From contig JAZPZG010000077.1 in NCBI GenBank assembly GCA_045544575.1, positions 1-43,803 of the forward strand: a DNA stretch of 43,803 nucleotides, given 5' to 3'. The translations under genes and the position numbers were made by a program. Source of the stretch: Clostridia bacterium (GTDB lineage Bacteria; Bacillota; Clostridia; UBA1212). The stretch's first letter is position 1. Each line of letters starts with the position of its first letter. Positions 9,085-19,588 of this stretch are shown here, in pieces. The notes beneath the pieces are model-generated. The model searched no databases, was not told where the DNA came from, and saw nothing but the letters and a program-made list of their open reading frames with translations.

Positions 9085-9498
9085 ATGAGTATTGAGAAAA
9101 TTAAGAATCCTAATAAGTCAAAGGTGCAGTTTATTGCAGGTGCGCTTGTTATATTTATGATAATGATGGTTGTTTTGTCTACCGTAGTGCTTTTTACAAA
9201 CGGAAACGTGAGTGCGAATGCAGAGGCGAGTGATACCGTGCAGTCAGAGAGCGATGCAGAAGCGACGGAAGAAAAAAATGACGGCGGTGCGGGCCTTGCA
9301 TATCTTGGTGCGGCACTCTCCACGGGCCTTGCTTGTATAGGTGCAGGTATTGCAGTTGCAATAACAGGCTCTGCGGCATTGGGCGCAATAAGCGAAGATC
9401 CCAAGCTCCTCGGTAAAACTCTTATTTTCGTAGGTCTTTCCGAGGGTATCGCAATTTACGGTCTTATTATCTCAATTATGATTCTTAATAAGGTCTGA
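9085..9498 (+). CDS. ntpK: V/A-type ATPase proteolipid subunit K (c)
   Basis: One c-hairpin with GAGIAVA...GAISEDP...GLSEGIAIYG (conserved Glu) plus an N-terminal hydrophobic extension. Confidence 0.93.
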   Translation: MSIEKIKNPNKSKVQFIAGALVIFMIMMVVLSTVVLFTNGNVSANAEASDTVQSESDAEATEEKNDGGAGLAYLGAALSTGLACIGAGIAVAITGSAALGAISEDPKLLGKTLIFVGLSEGIAIYGLIISIMILNKV

Positions 9499-9525
9499 AA
9501 AGATTAAGCTAAAGGTAAAAGCACT

Positions 9526-9798
9526 ATGAAGTTGTATCTCTTAAGTGATAACGTTGATACGCATACGGGTATGAGACTTTCCGGCGTGAGGGGCGAAGTG
9601 GTTCACACGAGAGACGAGTTCTCTGCGTCCTTTCAAAATGCTGTTTGCCGTGAAGACGTTGGCATTTTGTTAATTACGGAGCTTCTTGCAAAGCAATACG
9701 GTGACATTATCGGTGCGTATACTAAGAACAGTCCGAAACCTATTATCACGGTAATTCCGGACAGACATACTGCTGAGAGGGAGGCGTCACAAAAATGA
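9526..9798 (+). CDS. ntpG: V/A-type ATPase subunit F (NtpG in Enterococcus nomenclature)
   Basis: SDNVDTHTGMRLSGV, GILLITE and VIPDRH motifs. Confidence 0.9.
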   Translation: MKLYLLSDNVDTHTGMRLSGVRGEVVHTRDEFSASFQNAVCREDVGILLITELLAKQYGDIIGAYTKNSPKPIITVIPDRHTAEREASQK

Positions 9799-10427
9799 TG
9801 TCTAACGAAGAAAAGTTAAAACGGTTTGAAAGCGCCGCGCTGTTAAAAGCGGAGCAACGGCGTGATACAATAAATGCAGAGCTTGATAAGGCTACTTCAG
9901 AGGCATTGGCCGAAAGTCGTAAAAAATTCAGAAGGGAGTCTGCCAAGACCAGAAGCAAGGCTCTTTCCGAGGCGCGCAAGGAAGCCCGACTTATCGTATC
10001 TACTGCTCAAAACAGAGGTCAGACGGCGCTTATGGCTAAGCGTAATGAAATTATTGACCAGGTTTTCAGCAAGCTTATTGAGCGGTTACAAGCCTTTGTT
10101 GCATCAGACGAGTACGAAAGCTTTTTTGCAAAACGTATTTCCGAGGCACTTAATGCCGCTACGTTACATTTGGGCGAAAGCAATTCGGGCATATACATAG
10201 ACGTTACGGAGTCGGATTCGAAAAAATACGCTGATTTGATTGAGAGAATTTCAGACAAGGTGGTTGTATGGGCTTTTTCGGAAGTCAGGGTGACAAAAGA
10301 GGATATTATCGGAGGATGTGTTGTCCGCGTGCCGTCACTTGGGCTTGTGATTGACAACTCAATAAAAGCCGATGTGCTTCGTGAACATGAGGATTTTCTC
10401 TCGTGGAGTAACATTTCGCTTAGTTAA
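9795..10427 (+). CDS. ntpE: V/A-type ATPase subunit E
   Basis: N-terminal coiled coil, C-terminal IIGGCVV...IDNS motif, operon position. Confidence 0.85.
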   Translation: MMSNEEKLKRFESAALLKAEQRRDTINAELDKATSEALAESRKKFRRESAKTRSKALSEARKEARLIVSTAQNRGQTALMAKRNEIIDQVFSKLIERLQAFVASDEYESFFAKRISEALNAATLHLGESNSGIYIDVTESDSKKYADLIERISDKVVVWAFSEVRVTKEDIIGGCVVRVPSLGLVIDNSIKADVLREHEDFLSWSNISLS

Positions 10428-10445
10428 TGGGGGGCAAATTTATAA

Positions 10446-12302
10446 ATGACCGAGTCAAAAGGTAAATTAAAAGAAATATACAGAATCAACGGTCCCGTTG
10501 TAAAGGCACGGGGCACGGCTGATTTTGCCATGCAAAGCGTTGTTCTCGTGGGAAATGAGAAGCTTATAGGAGAGGTTATAAGGCTTGACGGAGAAGAGGC
10601 TACCATTCAGGTATACGAAACAACGGGAGGTTTAAAACCGGGTGAGCCTGTTGAAAGTACGGGTAAGCCCTTGTCAGTGTTGCTTGCTCCCGGTATTATA
10701 GGCAATATTTTCGACGGTATTCAAAGGCCCCTTAAGTCTCTTGAGGAAGAAAGCGGTTCTTTTATGAGTCGCGGCATTAACGTGAGCAACTTGGATACAA
10801 AAAAACTTTGGCACTTTAAACCCGTTGCGGATGCAGGTCAAAGCGTAGGCGTGCTTTCCGTGGTAGGAGAGGTTAAAGAGACGGGCTCTGTTACTAACCG
10901 TATAATGATCCCGATGTCTGCCTTTGAAGAGTATAACAGACATTCACGCAGCAAAGTGAAAAGCGGCGAGACTGTGTGTACAAGAGGAATTATAAAAAGC
11001 ATTGTGCCTGAGGGTGACTATACAATTCTTGATACTGTAGCAGTTATAGAGCTTCCGGACGGAAGCGTAAGCGAAATCAGTATGGCGCAAGAATGGCCGG
11101 TGAGAATTCCAAGACCGGTACAAAAACGACTTCCCATAGACGAGCCTTTGATAACGGGGCAGAGGATAATAGATTCTCTTTTTCCGATCGCAAGAGGAGG
11201 AACTGCAGCGGTTCCGGGAAGCTTCGGCACGGGAAAAACCATGACTCAGCACCAGCTTGCACAGTGGTGTGATGCCGACATAATTATTTACATAGGCTGC
11301 GGTGAGCGAGGCAACGAGATGACGGAGGTTCTTGAGGATTTCCCGAAGCTTAATGACCCGCGAACAGGTCGTTCGCTTATGGAAAGAACTATTCTTATTG
11401 CCAATACTTCAAATATGCCTGTTGCGGCACGTGAGGCTTCCGTTTACACGGGAATAACACTTGCCGAGTATTATCGTGACATGGGCTATGACGTTGCAAT
11501 CATGGCAGACTCAACGTCAAGATGGGCGGAGGCGCTTCGTGAAATATCGGGCCGACTTGAAGAAATGCCCGCAGAGGAAGGGTTCCCTGCATATCTTTCT
11601 TCCAGACTTTCGGAGTTTTACGGAAGAGCGGGAAGAGCTCTCAGCCTTAACGGAAAGACGGGCAGTGTATCCGTTATCGGTGCTGTTTCTCCTCAGGGCG
11701 GAGATTTTTCGGAGCCTGTTACGCAAAATACAAAGCGATTTGTGCGTTGTTTTTGGGGACTTGACAGAAGCCTTGCGTATGCAAGACATTATCCTGCCAT
11801 ACATTGGCTTACAAGCTACAGCGAGTACGGCGAGGATTTGGAGAAATGGTACGTTGAGCATCTTGATAAAGAATTTATAGAGAGACGTGAGCGCATAATG
11901 CTTTTACTCCGACAGGAAGAAGAGCTTATGGAAATAGTAAAGCTTGTTGGTATGGACGTGCTTCCCGAGGATCAGAAGCTGGTGCTTGAAATTTCTCGAG
12001 TTATACGTGTAGGATTTTTACAACAAAATGCTTTCCATAAGGTCGATACGTATGTGCCGCTCGAAAAGCAATCTGCAATGATGGGACTGATTCTTTTCTT
12101 GCTTGATAAAGTCGAAGAGCTTGTAAAAAACGGTATACCTCTTTCTGCAATTTCCGCTAAAGGATTTTTTGAAGAGTGCGTACAGATGAAATATACAGTG
12201 CCCAATGATGACCTTAGTGTAATCAGAGACATGCAAAAGCGTTTTGATGATGAGTTGCGTGTGATGCTGCGTGAGTACAATGCGCACCGTGTAGGCAATT
12301 AA
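10446..12302 (+). CDS. ntpA: V/A-type ATPase catalytic subunit A
   Basis: P-loop [42 protein letters not shown]. Confidence 0.97.
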   Translation: MTESKGKLKEIYRINGPVVKARGTADFAMQSVVLVGNEKLIGEVIRLDGEEATIQVYETTGGLKPGEPVESTGKPLSVLLAPGIIGNIFDGIQRPLKSLEEESGSFMSRGINVSNLDTKKLWHFKPVADAGQSVGVLSVVGEVKETGSVTNRIMIPMSAFEEYNRHSRSKVKSGETVCTRGIIKSIVPEGDYTILDTVAVIELPDGSVSEISMAQEWPVRIPRPVQKRLPIDEPLITGQRIIDSLFPIARGGTAAVPGSFGTGKTMTQHQLAQWCDADIIIYIGCGERGNEMTEVLEDFPKLNDPRTGRSLMERTILIANTSNMPVAAREASVYTGITLAEYYRDMGYDVAIMADSTSRWAEALREISGRLEEMPAEEGFPAYLSSRLSEFYGRAGRALSLNGKTGSVSVIGAVSPQGGDFSEPVTQNTKRFVRCFWGLDRSLAYARHYPAIHWLTSYSEYGEDLEKWYVEHLDKEFIERRERIMLLLRQEEELMEIVKLVGMDVLPEDQKLVLEISRVIRVGFLQQNAFHKVDTYVPLEKQSAMMGLILFLLDKVEELVKNGIPLSAISAKGFFEECVQMKYTVPNDDLSVIRDMQKRFDDELRVMLREYNAHRVGN

Positions 12303-12320
12303 TTTGAAGGAGAAAATCAG

Positions 12321-13694
12321 ATGATTATTGAATATACCGGCATAAAAAGTATAGTTGATCCGCTCATTATGGTAGAGGGCGTAGAGGACGTTGCCTACGA
12401 CGAGCTTGTAGAAATACATCTGAGTGACGGAACTGTCAGAACGGGTAACGTTATTGATATCAGCAAGGGCAATGCCGTTGTACAGGTGTTTGAAGGAACA
12501 AACGGAATGTCTCTTGGTAATATATCTGCAAGATTTTCCGGAAAACCTTTGATGCTTCCGCTTTCGGAGGAAATTCTGGGAAGAGTTTTTGACGGAGCAG
12601 GTCGGCCTGCCGACGGTCTCGGCGCGGTATACGCTGAGAAAAAAAGTGACGTTAACGGGCTTGCCATAAACCCTATTTCAAGGAGATATCCCCGAAACTA
12701 TATTCAAACCGGTGTGTCTGCAATTGACGGACTTATTACCCTCATCAGGGGTCAAAAGCTCCCCGTGTTCTCGGGAAACGGACTTGCACACGATAAACTG
12801 ACTGCACAGATTGTAAGACAGGCGGGAGTTATGAATCCCGATGATAAGTTTGCCGTAGTTTTCGGTGCCATAGGTGTTAAACACGAGGTTGCGGAGTTTT
12901 TTAAAAACGCCTTCGCCGACAGCGGCGTACTGAGCCGTGTTGTAATGTACCTTAACCTTTCAAACGACCCTGCGGTAGAGCGTATTTTCACACCGCGCTG
13001 TGCACTTACGGCTGCCGAGTATCTTGCTTTTCAAAAGGGTTATAACGTTTTGGTGGTGCTTACCGATATGACCGCATATTGCGAGGCTCTGCGTGAGATT
13101 TCTTCAATGAAAGGTGAAATTCCTTCAAGAAAAGGATATCCGGGATATCTTTACAGCGACCTTGCATCTATTTTTGAACGTGCAGGAATGATTGAGGGTT
13201 GCGAAGGTTCTATTACACAGATTCCGATACTTACAATGCCAAACGATGACATAAATCATCCTGTTCCGGACCTTACGGGCTACATTACCGAAGGTCAGAT
13301 AGTTTTGGATAGGTCGATAGGACAAAAAGGGATTTATCCCCCTATTAACGTATTGCCTTCGCTTTCCCGTCTTATGAAGGACGGCATAGGAGCAGGCTAT
13401 ACAAGAGAAGACCATTCGGCTGTTGCGAATCAGCTTTTTTCTGCATATTCAAAGGTGCAGGAGGTAAGAGCACTTGCTACTGTTATCGGAGAAGAGGAGC
13501 TCAGTGTTCAGGATAAGCGCTATATGGAGTTCGGAAGAGCTTTTGAGGAAAGATTTCTTGCACAGGATTATGATGAAAACAGAACGATTGAGCAGACTCT
13601 TGATTTAGGTTGGGAGATATTGTCTGTTTTGGGTGAAGCGGAGCTTGATCGTATGGACCCTGAGCTTGTGAAACGGTATCTTAAGAAGAGGTGA
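12321..13694 (+). CDS. ntpB: V/A-type ATPase subunit B
   Basis: [49 protein letters not shown]. Confidence 0.97.
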   Translation: MIIEYTGIKSIVDPLIMVEGVEDVAYDELVEIHLSDGTVRTGNVIDISKGNAVVQVFEGTNGMSLGNISARFSGKPLMLPLSEEILGRVFDGAGRPADGLGAVYAEKKSDVNGLAINPISRRYPRNYIQTGVSAIDGLITLIRGQKLPVFSGNGLAHDKLTAQIVRQAGVMNPDDKFAVVFGAIGVKHEVAEFFKNAFADSGVLSRVVMYLNLSNDPAVERIFTPRCALTAAEYLAFQKGYNVLVVLTDMTAYCEALREISSMKGEIPSRKGYPGYLYSDLASIFERAGMIEGCEGSITQIPILTMPNDDINHPVPDLTGYITEGQIVLDRSIGQKGIYPPINVLPSLSRLMKDGIGAGYTREDHSAVANQLFSAYSKVQEVRALATVIGEEELSVQDKRYMEFGRAFEERFLAQDYDENRTIEQTLDLGWEILSVLGEAELDRMDPELVKRYLKKR

Positions 13695-13701
13695 AATTGC
13701 T

Positions 13702-14328
13702 GTGGATGTAAATAAAACACCTACCAAAAGCAATCTCATGAAGGCTCAGGCAAGTCTTAAAATGGCAGAGCAGGGATATGAGCTGCTTGACCGAAAACGC
13801 AAGCTTCTTATGAGAGAGCTTGCAGGCTTAGAGGGGAAAAAGGAAGGCCTTCAACAAAGACTGTCGGCTACTTTTATCGAGGCATATGAGGCTTTGAAGG
13901 AGGCAAATATAAGCTTAGGCATAGATCGTGTTGAGCAATTTGCAGACGGTGTTCCCGAAGAAAACGGTGTAGAAATTAAATTTTACAGCGTAATGGGTGT
14001 TGAAATCCCCGTGGTGCGAATAAGTGAGCCCCTGCGGCGTTATCCTACGGAGAGTATGTACGGAACGAATCTGTCGCTTGACGAAGCAAAGCTTAAGTTT
14101 GACGAAGCCAAAAAGCTTTCAGCGCAGATTGCCGAACTGCTGGGGGGAATAGAAAGACTCGCGGTAAATGCCGGGAAAACACAAAAACGTGCCAATGCAC
14201 TTAAAAACATAATGATTCCCAGGTACACCGAGCTGATTTCGGAAATTTCCGCAGGCCTTGAAGAAAAGGAGCGGGAAGAATTTTCAAGACTTAAAGTCAT
14301 AAAACGCAACAGTGCCGTAAAGGACTGA
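13702..14328 (+). CDS. ntpD: V/A-type ATPase subunit D
   Basis: PTKSNL, GYELLDRKR, KTQKRANAL, LEEKEREEFSRLK; GTG start after GAGGTG. Confidence 0.95.
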   Translation: MDVNKTPTKSNLMKAQASLKMAEQGYELLDRKRKLLMRELAGLEGKKEGLQQRLSATFIEAYEALKEANISLGIDRVEQFADGVPEENGVEIKFYSVMGVEIPVVRISEPLRRYPTESMYGTNLSLDEAKLKFDEAKKLSAQIAELLGGIERLAVNAGKTQKRANALKNIMIPRYTELISEISAGLEEKEREEFSRLKVIKRNSAVKD

Positions 14329-14370
14329 GTTGCGCCGTAATATAAAAATAATTGCAAAAGGAGTAAAGCT

Positions 14371-15459
14371 ATGGATATCCGAACTTCAAAATTAAACAAG
14401 CTTGACAAGGTGCGAGGTTATCTGTCGGAAAACAAACTCGGAGGAATAATCGTTGCTACGTGGCAGAACGTTCTTTATCTTTCGGGATTTACAGGCTATG
14501 GCGATGCCGTGCTTTTAGTAACGCCGCAAAAGTCGTTTATTATAACGGATTCTCGCTATTACGTGCAGGCAGAAGAAGAGGCTCCCGAGTTCGAGCTGGT
14601 AAAGGGAAATTGTTCCTCTGCGGAAATTATGAAGAAGCTGCTTTCGGAAAACGGTATAGAGGCAGTTGCATACGAGAACCTCGGTATTTTGTATAACGAA
14701 TACTGCAGATATTATACGCAGCTCGGCGTTAAGCTTTGCGAAGCCGGTACGTTCTTTGACGAGATGCGACTTATAAAGACTGATGAGGAAATTACGGCAA
14801 TTGAAAAGGCATGCGATTTGGCTTCCGAGGCACTTTTGATGACACTTCCTGAAATTAAGGTCGGAAAAACAGAAATTGAAATCGCGGCAAAGCTTGAATA
14901 CAATATGCGTATTCTGGGTGCAGAAAAGCCTTCTTTTGACACTATAATAGCATCAGGCGTGAGAGGCTCTATGCCGCACGGAACCGCAAGCCTCAAAAAG
15001 ATAGAGCAAGGTGACGGCGTAACAATAGATTACGGTGCTTTTCTTGCAGGCTTTTGCTCAGATATGACGCGTACGGTTTTTGTCGGAGAGCCGGTTGCCA
15101 AAATGCGCGAGATTTATAACGTGGTTCTTGAAGCTCAGCTCTGTGCCATTGACGGCTATAAAGAGGGCATGACGGGAGCAGACGTAGATAAGCTTGCTCG
15201 CGAAGTAATTAAGAAGGCGGGCTACGGTGAGTATTTCGGACACGGATTAGGTCACGGTGTGGGCATAAACGTACATGAAGCACCGTCACTTTCTCCCCGC
15301 GGCGACAAGGTGTTGAAGCCGGGAATGGTTTTCAGTATTGAGCCGGGTATATACATTCCGGGACTCGGCGGTGTCAGAATAGAAGATCTCGCGACAGTTG
15401 AAAACGGAAAGCTGCGCGTTATCACGAAGGCTCCTGCAAAGGATTTGATTATTCTCTAA
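14371..15459 (+). CDS. Xaa-Pro aminopeptidase/dipeptidase (M24B, YqhT/PepQ-like)
   Basis: Creatinase N-domain (YLSGFTG, TDSRY), IDYGA, SDMTRT, HGLGHGVG..VHEAP, IEPGIY, GVRIED. Confidence 0.93.
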   Translation: MDIRTSKLNKLDKVRGYLSENKLGGIIVATWQNVLYLSGFTGYGDAVLLVTPQKSFIITDSRYYVQAEEEAPEFELVKGNCSSAEIMKKLLSENGIEAVAYENLGILYNEYCRYYTQLGVKLCEAGTFFDEMRLIKTDEEITAIEKACDLASEALLMTLPEIKVGKTEIEIAAKLEYNMRILGAEKPSFDTIIASGVRGSMPHGTASLKKIEQGDGVTIDYGAFLAGFCSDMTRTVFVGEPVAKMREIYNVVLEAQLCAIDGYKEGMTGADVDKLAREVIKKAGYGEYFGHGLGHGVGINVHEAPSLSPRGDKVLKPGMVFSIEPGIYIPGLGGVRIEDLATVENGKLRVITKAPAKDLIIL

Positions 15460-15473
15460 TCGGGCAGAAAGAA

Positions 15474-15581
15474 TCAGTCTAACTTCAGAATTTCTTCAAA
15501 GCCTGACGGCTTCATAAGGCCGCTGAATAATAATGTCATAAGCTTGTGAAGCTTGGAAATAAAGTATTTTACATTGTTCAT
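15474..15581 (-). CDS. Unannotated 35-aa small protein MNNVKYFISKLHKLMTLLFSGLMKPSGFEEILKLD
   Basis: Perfect TAAGGAGG RBS 8 nt before ATG; fills the peptidase-rsmD gap; TG-extended TATACT upstream on the minus strand (15658-15663). Confidence 0.6.
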   Translation of the reverse strand: MNNVKYFISKLHKLMTLLFSGLMKPSGFEEILKLD

Positions 15582-15712
15582 ATAACGTTCCTCCTTAGTA
15601 AGACACTTGCAGTGTGTATGCCGATGTTTTACGGCAATGTTTTTCTTTACAATACGAAGTATACCAAATTAAAAGTCCCATAAGACGGACTTTCAATGTA
15701 TTGCTTTTCTTG

Positions 15713-15741
15713 TTGACAAAAGTGTTTTTTGCAAGTATTAT
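15713..15741 (+). promoter_or_regulatory. Sigma-A promoter of the rsmD-coaD operon
   Basis: TTGACA-17 bp-TATTAT. Confidence 0.8.
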
Positions 15742-15765
15742 ATTTTGTGGAGGGGAGTATGGTAT

Positions 15766-16353
15766 ATGGTCAGAGTCATTGCCGGAAAAGCGCGCGGAAG
15801 AAAGCTCAGAACGATTGATTCGGACAGCACTAAACCTACGCTTGACCGAGTGAAGGAAGCAATGTTCAGCATGATAATGCCGTATTTACCATGCAGCGAC
15901 GTGCTCGATCTTTTTGCGGGCAACGGTGCATTGGGAATTGAAGCTCTCAGCCGAGGCGCAGACCGCTGTGTTTTTAATGATAAGTCTCGTGAGTGCGGCA
16001 GATACATAAAAGAAAACGTGAGCGCCACGGGTTTTGAGAATGCTTCCGAAATACATTCTGCGGATTACCGTGAAGTGATAGCTCTTCTTAAAAAGAAAAA
16101 GAGAAAGTTTGATCTTATTTTGCTCGATCCTCCGTACGGAAAGGAGCTTGCAGGTGATGCTCTTAGTTGTATTTCTTCTGCGGGCATTTATTCGGGAACG
16201 GAAGCGGATGAGGTCTGTTGTGTTGCTGTAGCCGAACATTCTGCAGAGGACGTGCTTTCGGAGAGGTACGGAGTTTTCAAAAAATTAAAAACCAAGACAT
16301 ACGGTACCGTTGCGGTGTCGGTGTATTTGGCAGAAACGGAGGCTGACACATGA
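15766..16353 (+). CDS. rsmD: 16S rRNA m2G966 methyltransferase RsmD
   Basis: [51 protein letters not shown]. Confidence 0.95.
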   Translation: MVRVIAGKARGRKLRTIDSDSTKPTLDRVKEAMFSMIMPYLPCSDVLDLFAGNGALGIEALSRGADRCVFNDKSRECGRYIKENVSATGFENASEIHSADYREVIALLKKKKRKFDLILLDPPYGKELAGDALSCISSAGIYSGTEADEVCCVAVAEHSAEDVLSERYGVFKKLKTKTYGTVAVSVYLAETEADT

Positions 16354-16847
16354 GCAGTCGGAAAAAAGAGAGAGTAGGCGTATATCCGGGAAGCTTTGAC
16401 CCATTGACGAAAGGTCACTTGGATATTATAATTAGAGCGTCTAAGCTTTTTGATACGTTGGTTGTCGGCGTTTTAAAAAATGACAGCAAGCATGCTATTT
16501 TTTCAATGGAGGAGCGTGTTTCTCTTATAAAGAAATGCGTGGCAGGTCTTGAAAACGTGGAAGTCGAAATGTTTGAAGGTCTGCTTGTTGACTTCGTGAA
16601 AAAGAAGGATGCACGTACTATTGTAAGAGGTCTAAGGGCTGTTTCGGATTATGAATACGAACTGCAGATGGCCATGCTTAATAAGCACATGGAAGAGGAT
16701 ATCGATACGATATTTTTCATGACGGATATTCACAATTCATTCTTAAGCTCAAGCATAGTTAAGGATGTTGCGAAAAACGGGGGCAATATTCGAGGGTTGG
16801 TACCCGATGAGATTGTTGATGACGTATATCAAAAGCTGCAAGGCTGA
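16350..16847 (+). CDS. coaD: Phosphopantetheine adenylyltransferase
   Basis: [34 protein letters not shown]. Confidence 0.97.
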   Translation: MSSRKKERVGVYPGSFDPLTKGHLDIIIRASKLFDTLVVGVLKNDSKHAIFSMEERVSLIKKCVAGLENVEVEMFEGLLVDFVKKKDARTIVRGLRAVSDYEYELQMAMLNKHMEEDIDTIFFMTDIHNSFLSSSIVKDVAKNGGNIRGLVPDEIVDDVYQKLQG

Positions 16848-16912
16848 AATTTAATTTTTAAATAAAGGTATTGACCCGATTGACGGGGCGTAAAGAAGAA
16901 GGAGATGTTACA

Positions 16913-17620
16913 ATGAGCGAGAAACAGGGATCGGATTTTAAGAGAAGCAGAGGTAATGTACAGGCGTTTATGGATAATCTTGACCGTCTGAGAGATCTTA
17001 TTGAGGATAGCAAGCAGGGACTTTTCGGAAAAAGAACGTTTACTAATTACGAAGAAGTTACGAATGTGTTAAATGATCTTACCAAGAGTGCTCCTTCTGC
17101 AGTTAACAGTGCTATGGCACTTGTTTCTTCTGCGGACAGCATTACTTCCGAGGCCAGAACTTTTGCTACCAAGGTTAAAAGCGATGCAGAGGCTTCCGTT
17201 GCAAAGCAGCTTGCAGAGACCAAGTCAAATTGTGACAGTGCTATAGAGGCTGCAAATGCACAGGCAGACAGTGTACGTATCAGTGCAAAGGCTGAGGCTG
17301 AAGATATTTTGAGTAATGCTAAGTTTGAGGCAGAGCGCATTGTAAGTGAGGCTCAGCAGCGCGCAAGTCAGCTTGTTTCCGAAAACACCATTACTCTCAG
17401 AGCTCAGGAAGAAGCAGCAAGAATTACCGACGAGGCTAAGAGAAGAGTTACTGAGGGATATGCACAGGCTCAAAGACAGCTCGACGGACTTATTAAAGAA
17501 AATCTTACCAGAATTGACAGACAGTATTCCGAAATTGAGGAGTTTGTGAACAAAGAGCTTATCGCAGTGCAGAAGATGCACACGGAGTACAGAAAAAAAG
17601 TCAATTATCATGAGAACTGA
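16913..17620 (+). CDS. Long coiled-coil protein (DivIVA/ATP synthase b-like family commonly found after coaD in Clostridia)
   Basis: AAGGAG RBS; Ala/Glu/Lys-rich heptads (EAEDILSNAKFEAERIVSEA); conserved position. Confidence 0.75.
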   Translation: MSEKQGSDFKRSRGNVQAFMDNLDRLRDLIEDSKQGLFGKRTFTNYEEVTNVLNDLTKSAPSAVNSAMALVSSADSITSEARTFATKVKSDAEASVAKQLAETKSNCDSAIEAANAQADSVRISAKAEAEDILSNAKFEAERIVSEAQQRASQLVSENTITLRAQEEAARITDEAKRRVTEGYAQAQRQLDGLIKENLTRIDRQYSEIEEFVNKELIAVQKMHTEYRKKVNYHEN

Positions 17621-17651
17621 GATATCTGCCCGAAAATGAGAGGTCTTGGTT

Positions 17652-18434
17652 ATGTCAAGATTTTTTGTCCCGTCAGAGAATATACATTATGAAAATGAAG
17701 CGGCAGTGTCGATAGAAATTATCGGCACTGACGTTAATCATATTAAGAATGTGCTCAGAAAAGCAGAAGGCGAGAGCATTTTGCTTTGTGACAGTAAGGG
17801 GCTTGAGTACGAGTGTATTATTTCAAAAATTGAACAGGATCGGATTGCTGCGAAAGTCATAGCCGTAAGTGATGTGAGTTCCGAGCCTTCTGTTCCTGTT
17901 TTTCTTTTACAAGGGGTTCCTAAAGGCGATAAGATGGACCTCATTGTTCAAAAAGGTGTTGAGTTGGGAGTGAGCGGTATTATTCCCGTGATAACGGAAC
18001 GTACCGTGGTAAAGTTCGGCACGGCACAGGATCGCGAGAAAAAACGAACGAGATGGCAGCGTATATCATTGGAGGCTGCGAAGCAATGCGGCAGAGGTGT
18101 TGTTCCCGACGTGCTTACGCCCATAGATTTTAAGGGAGCAATAAAGCTGTTGCAAGAGGGAATTTTTAAGGATTACCTTAAGCTTGTTCCGTATGAAAAC
18201 GAGCAGCAGCGTTCACTTAAAGAAATTCTTACGCAAAATAAGCAAGGCTTTGAGAACGGGACTTATACCGGGCTGTGCATATTTATAGGGCCCGAGGGCG
18301 GCTTTTCACAAAAAGAAATTGAAATTGCTGTTGAAAGTGAATTTGTTTCAGTGAGCTTGGGTAAAAGAATTTTAAGGACCGAAACAGCAGGACTTGCATC
18401 AATTGCTGCCATAAGATACGAATTTGGAGACTAA
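17652..18434 (+). CDS. rsmE: 16S rRNA m3U1498 methyltransferase RsmE
   Basis: HIKNVLR, KGDKMDLIVQKGVELG, EAAKQCGR, IGPEGGFS, LGKRILRTETA. Confidence 0.96.
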   Translation: MSRFFVPSENIHYENEAAVSIEIIGTDVNHIKNVLRKAEGESILLCDSKGLEYECIISKIEQDRIAAKVIAVSDVSSEPSVPVFLLQGVPKGDKMDLIVQKGVELGVSGIIPVITERTVVKFGTAQDREKKRTRWQRISLEAAKQCGRGVVPDVLTPIDFKGAIKLLQEGIFKDYLKLVPYENEQQRSLKEILTQNKQGFENGTYTGLCIFIGPEGGFSQKEIEIAVESEFVSVSLGKRILRTETAGLASIAAIRYEFGD

Positions 18435-18437
18435 ACC

Positions 18438-19568
18438 ATGCAAAAGCAAAAGATTTTTAATATTCAAATCAGTGAAAAAACAAAAAAGATACTTCTGAAG
18501 ATCGCAAATTACGGAAGCAAAGTTCTGTTGTGCATAGTGTCGTTTGCGCTTGTTGTTGTTATGACTTTGCTCTCTGCTATATACATGATTTCAAAAGGAC
18601 CCTCCGACATTGTCCGTGAAATGTTTGTGGTGGCAATGGTTGAAACGGGTGCTATGGATTTTTGTGCACATCTTTTTCTCTCGGATGCAGAGGTTGATGC
18701 TATAATGGCAAAAAACAGCATTATAGTTCCCGAGGGCAATACGGATACAAGTATGATAGTTGTCGGCGGTGATAACGGAGGCAATAACGAAACCGAAATA
18801 ATCGATAATAATAAAGGCATTGAATATAATGACCAAGGTGTGGCTTTGATTGATATCAAGGGTAAAACCTTTGTCGGTAAGATTTTGGTAGTAAAGGATC
18901 CGTCCCGTGTGTCAGTTTACGGACTTCCCGAATACGGAGAAGGTAAAAAGGGAATGAGCACGGAACAGATGGCTATTAAATCGAATGCGTTGGCGGCTGT
19001 AAACGGCGGCGGATATCAAGAAAATGAAAAGGATTATACCAAAACCGGCGGAATTCCTCTCGGAAGAGAAGAAAGCGGTGTTGTAATAATTGACGGCAAG
19101 CTTATGTGGGGCAATCTTGACCAGACGTACGAGATTATCGGCTTTGACAATAATAATATTCTCCACGTTGATAATATGACGGCTCGTGCGGCTCTCGACG
19201 CGGGCATACGCGATGCTGTAAACTGGGGTCCCGTGCTTGTTAAAAACGGTGAACCGTGCGTTATCCCTTCGGAAAGCGTAAATCCCGGCTTTCACCCGAG
19301 AACAGCAATCGGTCAGCGTGCTGACGGATCTGTACTGCTTGTAGTTATTGACGGAAGACAGACACACAGCTTGGGTGCTTCGTATGACGATCTGGTTGAA
19401 ATTATGGTAGAGTACGGCGCTGTAAATGCTGCTAATCTTGACGGCGGAATGTCATCTTATATGGTATACGAGAATAAGGTCATTACTTCTCCGTATATGC
19501 TTTATTGGGGTGGCAGAAGAAACGTTGCGACGAGCTTTATTGTAAGCAGGCTTGAAGATGCCGAGTGA
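18438..19568 (+). CDS. Phosphodiester glycosidase family protein (NAGPA/DUF2233, EpsL-like), membrane-anchored
   Basis: N-terminal TM; AVNGGG, HPRTAIGQ, VIDGRQ and NLDGGMSS motifs. Confidence 0.9.
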   Translation: MQKQKIFNIQISEKTKKILLKIANYGSKVLLCIVSFALVVVMTLLSAIYMISKGPSDIVREMFVVAMVETGAMDFCAHLFLSDAEVDAIMAKNSIIVPEGNTDTSMIVVGGDNGGNNETEIIDNNKGIEYNDQGVALIDIKGKTFVGKILVVKDPSRVSVYGLPEYGEGKKGMSTEQMAIKSNALAAVNGGGYQENEKDYTKTGGIPLGREESGVVIIDGKLMWGNLDQTYEIIGFDNNNILHVDNMTARAALDAGIRDAVNWGPVLVKNGEPCVIPSESVNPGFHPRTAIGQRADGSVLLVVIDGRQTHSLGASYDDLVEIMVEYGAVNAANLDGGMSSYMVYENKVITSPYMLYWGGRRNVATSFIVSRLEDAE

Positions 19569-19588
19569 TGTTGACAGAGGGTGACTGT

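Noticed and set aside
10446-12302. Intein in ATPase subunit A
   Set aside because: The P-loop region is uninterrupted, the length is near normal, and the small insertion lacks Cys/Ser...His-Asn termini.
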